IMG/VR virus record: IMGVR_UViG_2751185968_000009 | Length of the DNA stretch: 8,342 nt | DNA from: a virus | Taxonomy: Duplodnaviria; Heunggongvirae; Uroviricota; Caudoviricetes | Reading direction: 5' to 3' (one strand) | Shown here: positions 1-8,184 of the stretch, one piece after another | Layout of the letters: the number at the start of each line of letters is the position of its first letter | Numbering within the stretch: the stretch's first letter is position 1 | Notes under the pieces: generated by a model | Database searches by the model: none | Told to the model about the DNA's origin: nothing | Seen by the model: the letters and a program-made list of their open reading frames with translations, nothing else | Translations under genes and position numbers: made by a program

Positions 1-306
1 AAAGGTTCTCAGTATGTATCGCTGGCCTACACACAGCGGCTTAAGGAAGCCGGATTACTGGCATCAACAGGAAGTACAGGCGACTCGTATGACAACGCGA
101 TGGCGGAGAGCATCAATGGTCTTTACAAAGCGGAGGTAATACACCGTAAGAGCTGGAAAAACCGTGCAGAAGTGGAACTGGCCACACTCACGTGGGTGGA
201 CTGGTATAATAATCGACGATTGCTGGAAAGGCTGGGCCACATCCCTCCGGCAGAAGCAGAAAAAGCTTATTATGCTTCCATCGGAAACGATGATCTGGCA
301 GCCTGA
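1..306 (+). CDS. IS3-family (rve/DDE integrase-type) transposase, C-terminal fragment; 5-prime end lies outside the window
   Basis: Frame 1 is open from nt 1 to TGA at 304-306 and reads KGSQYVSLAYTQRLKEAGLLASTGSTGDSYDNAMAESINGLYKAEVIHRKSWKNRAEVELATLTWVDWYNNRRLLERLGHIPPAEAEKAYYASIGNDDLAA. The YDNAMAES...GLYKAE block is the conserved catalytic-Glu region at the C-terminus of IS3-family OrfB transposases. Exact IS name not determined. Confidence 0.8.
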   Translation, partial: KGSQYVSLAYTQRLKEAGLLASTGSTGDSYDNAMAESINGLYKAEVIHRKSWKNRAEVELATLTWVDWYNNRRLLERLGHIPPAEAEKAYYASIGNDDLAA

Positions 307-352
307 GTTCACAGATAAAACACTCTCCAGGAAACCCGGGGCGGTTCAGTAA
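1..352 (+). mobile_element. 3-prime part of an IS3-family insertion sequence; right terminal inverted repeat expected between about 307 and 400 but not mapped
   Basis: Transposase ORF ends at 306 and a phage gene starts at 401. The left end is outside the window, so the terminal inverted repeat cannot be defined by pairing. Confidence 0.45.
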
Positions 353-358
353 CTCATG

Positions 359-386
359 AGCCGCCTTTTGGGCGGCTTTGTTGTTT
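359..386 (+). terminator. Candidate rho-independent terminator between the transposase and J
   Basis: GCCGCC (360-365) pairs with GGCGGC (371-376) around a 5-nt loop TTTTG, followed by the T-rich run TTTGTTGTTT (377-386). Seen directly in the sequence. Confidence 0.4.
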
Positions 387-400
387 ATGGAGTGTGAGGA

Positions 401-3400
401 ATGGGTAAAGGAAGCAGTAAGGGGCATACCCCGCGCGAAGCGAAGGACAACCTGAAGTCCACGCAGCTGCTGAGTGTGATCGATGCCATCAGCGAAGGGC
501 CGGTTGAAGGTCCGGTGGATGGATTAAAAAGCGTGCTGCTGAACAGTACGCCGGTGCTGGACAGTGAGGGGAATACCAATATATCCGGCGTCACGGTGGT
601 GTTCCGGGCCGGTGAGCAGGAGCAGACACCGCCGGAGGGATTTGAATCCTCCGGCTCCGAGACGGTGCTGGGTACGGAAGTGAAGTACGACACGCCGATT
701 ACCCGGACCATCACGTCGGCAAACATCGACCGTCTGCGCTTTACCTTCGGTGTGCAGGCACTGGTGGAAACCACCTCAAAGGGGGACCGGAATCCGTCGG
801 AAGTCCGCCTGCTGGTTCAGATACAGCGTAATGGTGGCTGGGTGACGGAAAAAGACATCACCATTAAAGGCAAAACCACCTCACAGTATCTAGCATCGGT
901 GGTGGTGGGTAACCTGCCGCCGCGCCCGTTCAATATCCGGATGCGCAGGATGACGCCGGACAGCACCACAGACCAGCTGCAGAACAAAACGCTCTGGTCG
1001 TCATACACCGAAATCATCGATGTGAAACAGTGCTACCCGAACACGGCACTGGTCGGCGTACAGGTGGATTCGGAGCAGTTCGGCAGCCAGCAGGTGAGCC
1101 GTAATTATCATCTGCGCGGGCGTATTCTGCAGGTGCCGTCGAACTATAACCCGCAGACTCGGCAATACAGCGGTATCTGGGACGGAACGTTTAAGCCAGC
1201 ATACAGCAATAACATGGCCTGGTGTCTGTGGGATATGCTGACCCATCCACGCTACGGCATGGGGAAACGTCTTGGTGCGGCGGATGTGGACAAATGGGCG
1301 CTGTATGTCATCGGCCAGTACTGCGACCAGTCAGTGCCGGATGGCTTTGGTGGCACGGAGCCGCGCATCACCTGTAACGCTTACCTGACCACACAGCGTA
1401 AGGCGTGGGATGTGCTCAGTGATTTCTGTTCGGCGATGCGCTGTATGCCGGTATGGAACGGGCAGACGCTGACGTTCGTGCAGGACCGACCGTCGGATAA
1501 GGTGTGGACCTATAACCGCAGTAATGTGGTGATGCCGGATGATGGCGCGCCGTTCCGCTACAGCTTCAGCGCCCTGAAGGACCGCCATAATGCCGTTGAG
1601 GTGAACTGGATTGACCCGGATAACGGCTGGGAGACGGCGACAGAGCTTGTTGAAGATACGCAGGCCATTGCCCGTTACGGTCGTAACGTCACGAAGATGG
1701 ATGCCTTTGGCTGTACCAGCCGGGGGCAGGCACACCGCGCCGGGCTGTGGCTGATTAAAACGGAGCTGCTGGAAACGCAGACCGTGGACTTCAGCGTGGG
1801 TGCAGAAGGGCTTCGCCATGTACCGGGCGATGTCATTGAAATCTGTGATGATGACTATGCCGGTATCAGCATCGGCGGGCGCGTGCTGGCGGTGAACAGC
1901 CAGACGCGGACACTGACGCTCGACCGTGAAATCACGCTGCCATCCTCCGGCACCACGCTGATAAGCCTGGTTGACGGACAGGGGAATCCGGTCAGCGTGG
2001 AGGTCCAGTCCGTCACCGACGGCGTGAAGGTGAAAGTGAGCCGTGTTCCTGACGGCGTTGCCGAATACAGCGTGTGGGGGCTGAAGCTGCCGACGCTGCG
2101 CCAGCGCCTGTTCCGCTGCGTGAGTATCCGTGAGAACGATGGCGGCACGTATGCCATCACCGCCGTGCAGCATGTACCGGAAAAAGAAGCCATCGTGGAT
2201 AACGGGGCGCACTTTGACGCGACCAGAGCGGCACGGTGAATGGTGTCACGCCGCCAGCGGTGCAGCACCTGACTGCCGAAGTCACCGCAGACAGCGGGGA
2301 GTATCAGGTACTGGCCCGCTGGGACACGCCGAAGGTGGTGAAGGGCGTGAGCTTCCTGCTTCGCCTGACCGTGACAGCGGACGATGGCAGTGAGCGGCTG
2401 GTCAGCACGGCCCGGACGACGGAAACCACATACCGCTTCAGGCAGCTGGCGCTGGGGCGTTACATGTTGACGGTCCGGGCGGTAAATGCGTGGGGACAGC
2501 TGGGCGATCCGGCGTCGGTATCGTTCCGGATTGCCGCACCGGCAGCGCCGTCGCGGATTGAGCTGACGCCGGGCTATTTTCAGATAACCGCCACGCCGCA
2601 TCTTGCCGTTTATGACCCGACGGTACAGTTTGAGTTCTGGTTTTCGGAAAAGCGGATTACCGATATCAGGAAGGTTGAAACCACAGCGCGCTATCTTGGC
2701 ACGGGGCTGTACTGGATAGCCGCCAGTATCAATATCAAACCGGGCCATGATTATTATTTTTACGTTCGCAGTGTGAACACCGTTGGCAAATCGGCATTCG
2801 TGGAGGCTGTTGGTCAGCCGAGTGATGATGCATCCGGTTATCTGGATTTTTTCAAAGGCGAGATAGGGAAAACCCATCTGGCTCAGGAGCTGTGGACGCA
2901 GATTGATAACGGTCAGCTTGCGCCTGACCTGGCTGAAATCAGGACGTCCATTAAGGATGTCAGCAATGAAATCACGCAGACCGTCAATAAGAAACTGGAA
3001 GACCAGAGTGCGGCAATTCAGCAGATACAGAAGGTTCAGGTTGATACAAATAATAATCTGAACAGCATGTGGGCTGTGAAGCTGCAACAGATGAAGGACG
3101 GACGCCTTTATATTGCGGGTATCGGTGCCGGTATTGAGAATACGCCAGCAGGAATGCAGAGTCAGGTGCTGCTGGCGGCAGACAGGATTGCGATGATTAA
3201 TCCTGCGAATGGCAACACAAAGCCGATGTTTGTTGGTCAGGGCGATCAGATATTCATGAACGACGTGTTCCTGAAACGCCTGACGGCTCCCACCATTACC
3301 AGCGGCGGTAATCCTCCGGCATTTTCCCTGACACCGGACGGGCGGCTGACGGCGAAAAATGCCGATATTAGCGGTAACGTGAATGCGAACTCCGGGACGC

Positions 3401-3879
3401 TCAACAACGTCACGATTAACGAGAACTGTCGGGTTCTGGGAAAACTGTCCGCCAACCAGATTGAAGGCGATCTCGTTAAAACAGTGGGCAAAGCTTTCCC
3501 CCGGGACTCCCGTGCACCGGAGCGGTGGCCATCAGGGACCATTACCGTCAGGGTTTATGACGATCAGCCGTTTGACCGGCAAATTGTTATTCCGGCGGTG
3601 GCATTCAGTGGCGCTAAGCATGAGAGAGAGCATACTGATATTTACTCCTCATGCCGTCTGATAGTGCGGAAAAACGGTGCTGAAATTTATAACCGTACCG
3701 CGCTGGATAATACGCTGATTTACAGTGGCGTTATTGATATGCCTGCCGGTCACGGTCACATGACACTGGAGTTTTCGGTGTCAGCATGGCTGGTAAATAA
3801 CTGGTATCCCACAGCAAGTATCAGCGATTTGCTGGTTGTGGTGATGAAGAAAGCCACTACAGGCATCACGATTAGCTGA
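401..3879 (+). pseudogene. J: Tail tip / host-specificity protein J (lambda gpJ-like), interrupted by a frameshift near 2219-2223; present as two ORFs, 401..2239 and 2236..3879
   Basis: ORF 401..2239 (612 aa) begins MGKGSSKGHTPREAKDNLKSTQLLSVIDAISEGP and follows the lambda J N-terminal half as I recall it. ORF 2236..3879 (GTG start in the track) continues [36 protein letters not shown], the next part of J, in a different frame. GGAG at 389-392 sits about 9 nt upstream of ATG 401. Confidence 0.85.
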
Positions 3880-3897
3880 ATTTTATAACCCAGATAC

Positions 3898-3925
3898 GGG
3901 CACCAGAAATGGTGCCTTTTTTATT
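3898..3925 (+). terminator. Rho-independent terminator downstream of J
   Basis: GGGCACC (3898-3904) pairs with GGTGCC(T) (3911-3917) around the loop AGAAAT, followed by TTTTTTATT; it begins 19 nt after the J stop at 3877-3879. Confidence 0.6.
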
Positions 3926-3946
3926 GCAGAAAAGCGAGAGGTAATT

Positions 3947-4546
3947 ATGCGTAAATTATGTGCTGTTATTCTGTCCGCAGTAGTCTGGCTGGTTGCCGCT
4001 GGTATGCCAGCGAGCGCAGCAGAGCATCAGTCCACACTAAGCGCCGGGTATCTTCAGACCCATACTGATATGCCAGGCAGCGATGATCTGAACGGGATTA
4101 ACGTGAAATACCGTTATGAGTTTACGGACACGCTGGGGCTGGTGACGTCATTCAGTTATGCCAATGCCAAAGATGAGCAAAAAACGCATTACAGCGATAC
4201 CCGCTGGCATGAAGATTCCGTGCGTAACCGCTGGTTCAGCGTGATGGCGGGGCCGTCTGTGCGCGTGAATGAATGGTTCAGCGCGTATGCGATGGCGGGT
4301 GTGACTTACAGTCGTGTGTCGACTTTTTCCGGGGATTATCTCCGTGTAACTGACAGCAAGGGGAAAACGCACGATGTGCTGACCGGAAGTGATGACGGTC
4401 GCCACAGCAACACGTCTCTGGCGTGGGGGGCTGGCGTGCAGTTTAACCCGACCGAATCCGTGGCCATTGATATTGCTTATGAAGGCTCCGGCAGTGGTGA
4501 CTGGCGTACCAACAGTTTCATCGTTGGTGTCGGCTATAAATTCTGA
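3947..4546 (+). CDS. lom: Lom, Ail/Lom-family outer-membrane beta-barrel protein (prophage moron)
   Basis: 199-aa ORF with a signal peptide (MRKLCAVILSAVVWLVAAGMPASA, then AEH after an AXA site) and the C-terminal GVGYKF typical of outer-membrane beta-barrels. Blocks such as NGINVKYRYEFTDTLGLVTSFSY and SVAIDIAYEGSGSGDWRT match lambda Lom as I recall it. RBS GAGAGG at 3936-3941. Confidence 0.92.
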   Translation: MRKLCAVILSAVVWLVAAGMPASAAEHQSTLSAGYLQTHTDMPGSDDLNGINVKYRYEFTDTLGLVTSFSYANAKDEQKTHYSDTRWHEDSVRNRWFSVMAGPSVRVNEWFSAYAMAGVTYSRVSTFSGDYLRVTDSKGKTHDVLTGSDDGRHSNTSLAWGAGVQFNPTESVAIDIAYEGSGSGDWRTNSFIVGVGYKF

Positions 4547-4572
4547 TTAGCCAGGTAACACAGTGTTATGAC

Positions 4573-4600
4573 AGCCCGCCGGTTCAGGCGGGCTTTTTTG
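4573..4600 (+). terminator. Rho-independent terminator downstream of lom
   Basis: Perfect 8-bp stem AGCCCGCC (4573-4580) / GGCGGGCT (4587-4594), loop GGTTCA, then TTTTTT (4595-4600). Confidence 0.65.
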
Positions 4601-4610
4601 TGGGGGGAAT

Positions 4611-7259
4611 ATGGCAGTACTGATTTCAGGTGTACTGAAAGATGGTGCAGGTAAGCCGATACAAAACTGCACCATTCAGCTAAAGGCCAGGCGCAACAGC
4701 ACCACGGTGGTGGTGAACACAGTGGCCTCAGAAAATCCGGATGAAGCCGGGCGTTATACAATGGACGTCGAGTATGGTCAGTACAGCGTCAGTCTGTTGG
4801 TGGAGGGATTCCCGCCGTCACACGCCGGGATTATCACCGTATATGAGGACTCAAAGCCGGGCACACTGAATGATTTCCTCGGTGCAATGACGGAGGATGA
4901 TGTCCGGCCAGAGGCACTGCGCCGTTTTGAACTGATGGTGGAAGAGGTGGCGCGTAACGCGTCCGCAGTGGCACAGAACACGGCAGCCGCGAAGAAGTCA
5001 GCCAGCGATGCCCGCACATCAGCCCGTGAGGCGGCAACCCATGCGACTGATGCTGCAGGCTCAGCACGCGCAGCCAGCACGTCAGCCGGACAGGCCGCGT
5101 CGTCGGCTCAGTCAGCGTCTTCCAGCGCAGGAGCGGCATCAACAAAGGCCAGTGAAGCATCGAAAAGTGCTGCTGCTGCAGAGTCCTCAAAAAGCGCGGC
5201 AGCTACCAGTGCCAGTGCCGCGAAAACGTCAGAAACGAATGCGGCAGCGTCACAACAATCAGCAGCCACTTCTGCATCCACCGCGACCACGAAAGCGTCA
5301 GAAGCAGCCACTTCAGCACGGGATGCGTCGGCTTCAAAAGAGGCGGCAAAATCATCAGAAACGAACGCAGCCTCGAGCGCCAGCAGCGCAGCTTCCTCGG
5401 CAACGGCGGCAGCAAATTCTGCGAAGGCGGCAAAAACGTCCGAGACGAACGCCAGGTCTTCTGAAACGGCAGCGGGACAGAGCGCCTCAGCTGCGGCAGA
5501 CTCAAAAACAGCGGCTGCATTATCTGCCAGTGCCGCGTCAACAAGTGCCGGGCAGGCCTCAGCCAGTGCCACCGCCGCCGGAAAATCGGCAGAAAGTGCT
5601 GCATCGTCTGCTTCAACAGCCACAACGAAGGCTGGCGAAGCCGCTGTACAGGCCAGCGCAGCAGCGAGGTCTGCTTCCGCAGCGAAGACATCCGAGACGA
5701 ACGCGAAAGCGTCGGAAACCAGCGCAGAATCCTCAAAAACGGCTGCCGCATCGTCCGCCAGTTCGGCGGCGTCATCGGCATCATCTGCGTCTGCTTCAAA
5801 AGATGAGGCGACCAGACAGGCGTCAGCAGCAAAGGGCAGCGCCACGACGGCATCCACGAAGGCGACAGAGGCAGCTGGCAGTGCGACGGCGGCAGCTCAG
5901 AGCAAAAGTACGGCGGAATCCGCGGCAACGCGCGCTGAGACAGCGGCAAAACGGGCAGAGGATATTGCATCCGCCGTGGCGCTTGAGGATGCGAGCACGA
6001 CGAAAAAGGGGATAGTACAGCTCAGCAGTGCGACTAACAGCACTTCCGAGTCACTGGCGGCAACGCCAAAAGCCGTTAAGGCCGCGTATGAGCTGGCTAA
6101 CGGGAAATACACCGCACAGGATGCAACGACAGCACAGAAAGGGATAGTTCAGCTTAGCAACGCGACCAACAGCACATCTGAAATGCTGGCGGCAACGCCA
6201 AAGTCGGTAAAGGCAGCCTATGACCTTGCTAACGGGAAATATACTGCTCAGGACGCTACGACAGCACAAAAAGGAATTGTCCAGCTCAGTAGTGCAACCA
6301 ACAGCGCATCTGAAACGCTTGCCGCGACACCGAAAGCAGTGAAAGCAGCTAATGATAATGCGAATGGTCGGGTACCTTCTGCCCGTAAGGTGAATGGTAA
6401 GGCGCTTTCAGCGGATATAACACTGACGCCGAAAGATATTGGTACGCTTAACTCAACAACAATGTCATTCAGCGGTGGTGCTGGTTGGTTCAAATTAGCA
6501 ACGGTAACCATGCCACAGGCGAGTTCTGTTGTTTCAATTACGTTGATTGGTGGTGCGGGATTTAACGTGGGGTCACCTCAACAGGCAGGTATATCTGAAC
6601 TTGTTTTGCGTGCAGGTAATGGTAATCCGAAGGGGATTACTGGTGCTTTATGGCAGCGCACATCGACAGGGTTTACAAATTTTGCCTGGGTCAATACATC
6701 TGGTGATACTTACGATATTTACGTTGCAATCGGAAATTATGCGACTGGTGTAAATATTCAATGGGATTATACCAGTAATGCCAGCGTGACGATTCATACG
6801 TCACCAGCATATTCTGCTAATAAGCCGGAAGGGTTAACGGACGGTACAGTTTATTCACTCTATACGCCATCAGAGCAGTTTTATCCGCCTGGCGCACCAA
6901 TCCCGTGGCCATCAGATACCGTTCCGTCTGGCTATGCCCTGATGCAGGGGCAGACTTTTGACAAATCTGCATACCCGAAACTTGCAGCCGCTTATCCGTC
7001 AGGCGTGATCCCTGATATGCGTGGCTGGACGATTAAGGGCAAACCCGCCAGTGGTCGTGCCGTATTGTCTCAGGAACAGGACGGCATTAAATCGCACACC
7101 CACAGCGCCAGCGCATCCAGTACGGATTTGGGGACGAAAAACACATCGTCGTTTGATTACGGAACCAAATCCACGAATAACACCGGGGCGCATACGCACA
7201 GTCTGAGTGGCTCTACGGGGTCTGCCGGTGATCATACTCATGGTAATGGTATTCGTTGA
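4611..7259 (+). CDS. stf: Side tail fibre protein Stf (lambda Stf-like N-terminus, Ala/Ser-rich shaft, tail-collar motif); ends at an in-frame TGA that looks premature
   Basis: 882-aa ORF; the N-terminus [36 protein letters not shown]...[23 protein letters not shown] matches lambda Stf from memory. Contains the motif [48 protein letters not shown], typical of phage tail-collar domains. G-rich RBS at 4602-4607 before ATG 4611. Confidence 0.85.
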   Translation: MAVLISGVLKDGAGKPIQNCTIQLKARRNSTTVVVNTVASENPDEAGRYTMDVEYGQYSVSLLVEGFPPSHAGIITVYEDSKPGTLNDFLGAMTEDDVRPEALRRFELMVEEVARNASAVAQNTAAAKKSASDARTSAREAATHATDAAGSARAASTSAGQAASSAQSASSSAGAASTKASEASKSAAAAESSKSAAATSASAAKTSETNAAASQQSAATSASTATTKASEAATSARDASASKEAAKSSETNAASSASSAASSATAAANSAKAAKTSETNARSSETAAGQSASAAADSKTAAALSASAASTSAGQASASATAAGKSAESAASSASTATTKAGEAAVQASAAARSASAAKTSETNAKASETSAESSKTAAASSASSAASSASSASASKDEATRQASAAKGSATTASTKATEAAGSATAAAQSKSTAESAATRAETAAKRAEDIASAVALEDASTTKKGIVQLSSATNSTSESLAATPKAVKAAYELANGKYTAQDATTAQKGIVQLSNATNSTSEMLAATPKSVKAAYDLANGKYTAQDATTAQKGIVQLSSATNSASETLAATPKAVKAANDNANGRVPSARKVNGKALSADITLTPKDIGTLNSTTMSFSGGAGWFKLATVTMPQASSVVSITLIGGAGFNVGSPQQAGISELVLRAGNGNPKGITGALWQRTSTGFTNFAWVNTSGDTYDIYVAIGNYATGVNIQWDYTSNASVTIHTSPAYSANKPEGLTDGTVYSLYTPSEQFYPPGAPIPWPSDTVPSGYALMQGQTFDKSAYPKLAAAYPSGVIPDMRGWTIKGKPASGRAVLSQEQDGIKSHTHSASASSTDLGTKNTSSFDYGTKSTNNTGAHTHSLSGSTGSAGDHTHGNGIR
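4950..5990 (+). repeat. Low-complexity Ala/Ser/Thr-rich coding region within stf, with recurring AAKTSETNA-type motifs
   Basis: Stf residues about 115-460 are almost entirely A/S/T/K/E/Q. Motifs recur several times ([70 protein letters not shown]). The stop-poor GCN/TCN-rich DNA generates long spurious ORFs in other frames. Confidence 0.7.
5988..6383 (+). repeat. Three tandem in-frame 132-bp (44-aa) repeats within stf; third copy diverges in its 3-prime third
   Basis: The unit DA(S/T)T(T/A)(K/Q)KGIVQLS(S/N)ATNS(T/A)SE(S/M/T)LAATPK(A/S)VKAAY(E/D)LANGKYTAQ starts at 5988, 6120 and 6252. The KG codon pair sits at 6006-6011, 6138-6143 and 6270-6275, exactly 132 nt apart. Copies differ mainly at synonymous positions. 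Confidence 0.8.
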
Positions 7260-7586
7260 CCAGGAGGCGGCGGTTCTGCGTTAGCATTTTATGATGGCGG
7301 TGGGTTCACTTATGTCCAGGATTCACAGTATCAAGTAAGCCCGGGGACTTCTTCCCGTAGATCGTATTATCAACGTATTCAGACACAGTCAGCAGGTGCT
7401 CATACCCACTCGCTGTCTGGTACTGCAGCAAGTTCTGGCGCACATGCACATACTGTAGGTATTGGTGCGCATACGCACTCCGTTGCGATTGGTTCACATG
7501 GACACACCATCACCGTTAACGCTGCTGGTAACGCGGAAAACACCGTCAAAAACATCGCATTTAACTATATTGTGAGGCTTGCATAA
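7260..7586 (+). other. stf: In-frame continuation of stf beyond TGA 7257-7259, encoding the conserved tail-fibre C-terminus; no start codon of its own
   Basis: Codons 7260..7583 are open in the stf frame and read [108 protein letters not shown], ending at TAA 7584-7586. The last ~25 residues match the lambda Stf C-terminus as I recall it. No in-frame ATG/GTG/TTG with an RBS. Confidence 0.6.
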
Positions 7587-8170
7587 TGGCATTCAGAATG
7601 AGTGAACAAGCACGGACCATAAAAATTTATAATCTGCTGGCCGGAACTAATGAATTTATTGGTGAAGGTGACGCATATATTCCGCCTCATACAGGTCTGC
7701 CAGCAAACAGTACCGATATTGCACCACCAGATATTCCTGCTGGCTTTGTGGCTGTTTTCAACAGTGATGAGGCATCGTGGCATCTCGTTGAAGACCATCG
7801 GGGTAAAACGGTTTATGACGTAGCGTCAGGGGACGAGTTATTTATTTCTGAACTCGGTCCGTTACCGGAAAATGTTACCTGGTTATCGCCGGAAGGGGAG
7901 TTTCAGAAGTGGAACGGCACAGCCTGGGTGAAGGATACGGAAGCAGAAAAAATGTTCCGGATCCGGGAGGCGGAAGAAACAAAAAACAACCTGATGCAGG
8001 TAGCCAGTGAGCATATTGCGCCGCTTCAGGATGCTGCAGATCTGGAAATTGCAACGGAGGAAGAAACCTCATTGCTGGAAGCCTGGAAAAAGTATCGGGT
8101 GTTGCTGAACCGTGTTGATACATCAACTGCACCTGATATTGAGTGGCCTACGAACCCTGTCAGGGAGTAA
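7586..8170 (+). CDS. tfa: Tail fibre assembly protein Tfa (lambda Tfa-like chaperone)
   Basis: 194-aa [82 protein letters not shown]..., nearly residue-for-residue with lambda Tfa as I recall it. Its ATG (7586-7588) overlaps the TAA (7584-7586) of the stf frame as TAATG. Confidence 0.93.
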   Translation: MAFRMSEQARTIKIYNLLAGTNEFIGEGDAYIPPHTGLPANSTDIAPPDIPAGFVAVFNSDEASWHLVEDHRGKTVYDVASGDELFISELGPLPENVTWLSPEGEFQKWNGTAWVKDTEAEKMFRIREAEETKNNLMQVASEHIAPLQDAADLEIATEEETSLLEAWKKYRVLLNRVDTSTAPDIEWPTNPVRE

Positions 8171-8184
8171 TCATTGGGATTATG

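Noticed and set aside
64-312. Minus-strand 82-aa ORF overlapping the transposase fragment
   Set aside because: Antisense to the clearly conserved transposase frame, with no recognisable features.
2200-2245. Programmed ribosomal frameshift joining the two J ORFs
   Set aside because: No slippery X-XXY-YYZ heptamer or downstream structured element at the junction, and the change looks like a single-base deletion relative to lambda J as recalled.
1331-3087. Minus-strand ORFs of 293 aa (1331..2212) and 410 aa (1855..3087) inside J
   Set aside because: Antisense to a well-supported coding frame, with no recognisable motifs and no RBS context; typical spurious antisense ORFs in GC-rich coding DNA.
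4534-4761. Minus-strand 75-aa ORF spanning the lom terminator and stf start
   Set aside because: It overlaps a terminator hairpin and the start of a well-supported gene on the other strand; no supporting signal.
5008-6015. Long overlapping ORFs in the track (+ 5008..6015; - 5108..5857; - 5203..5970) that could be read as nested or antisense genes inside stf
   Set aside because: They coincide exactly with the Ala/Ser-rich low-complexity stf segment, their translations are compositionally degenerate, and the stf frame has clear homology at both ends. These are stop-poor shadow frames, not genes.
5988-6383. CRISPR-like or satellite repeat array
   Set aside because: The repeats are contiguous, in frame, 132 bp long without spacers, and lie inside a protein-coding gene; they are coding tandem duplications.
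7257-7300. Selenocysteine recoding of the in-frame TGA in stf
   Set aside because: I see no stem-loop of the bacterial SECIS type directly downstream of the TGA, and tail fibres are not known selenoproteins. A nonsense mutation or leaky stop is the simpler explanation.
7262-7338. Strong Shine-Dalgarno AGGAGG (7262-7267) right after the stf TGA as an internal restart site
   Set aside because: The nearest ATG (7291) is out of frame, over 20 nt away, and opens only a 15-codon ORF; there is no in-frame start for the conserved C-terminal segment. AGGAGG here is just the Pro-Gly-Gly codons.
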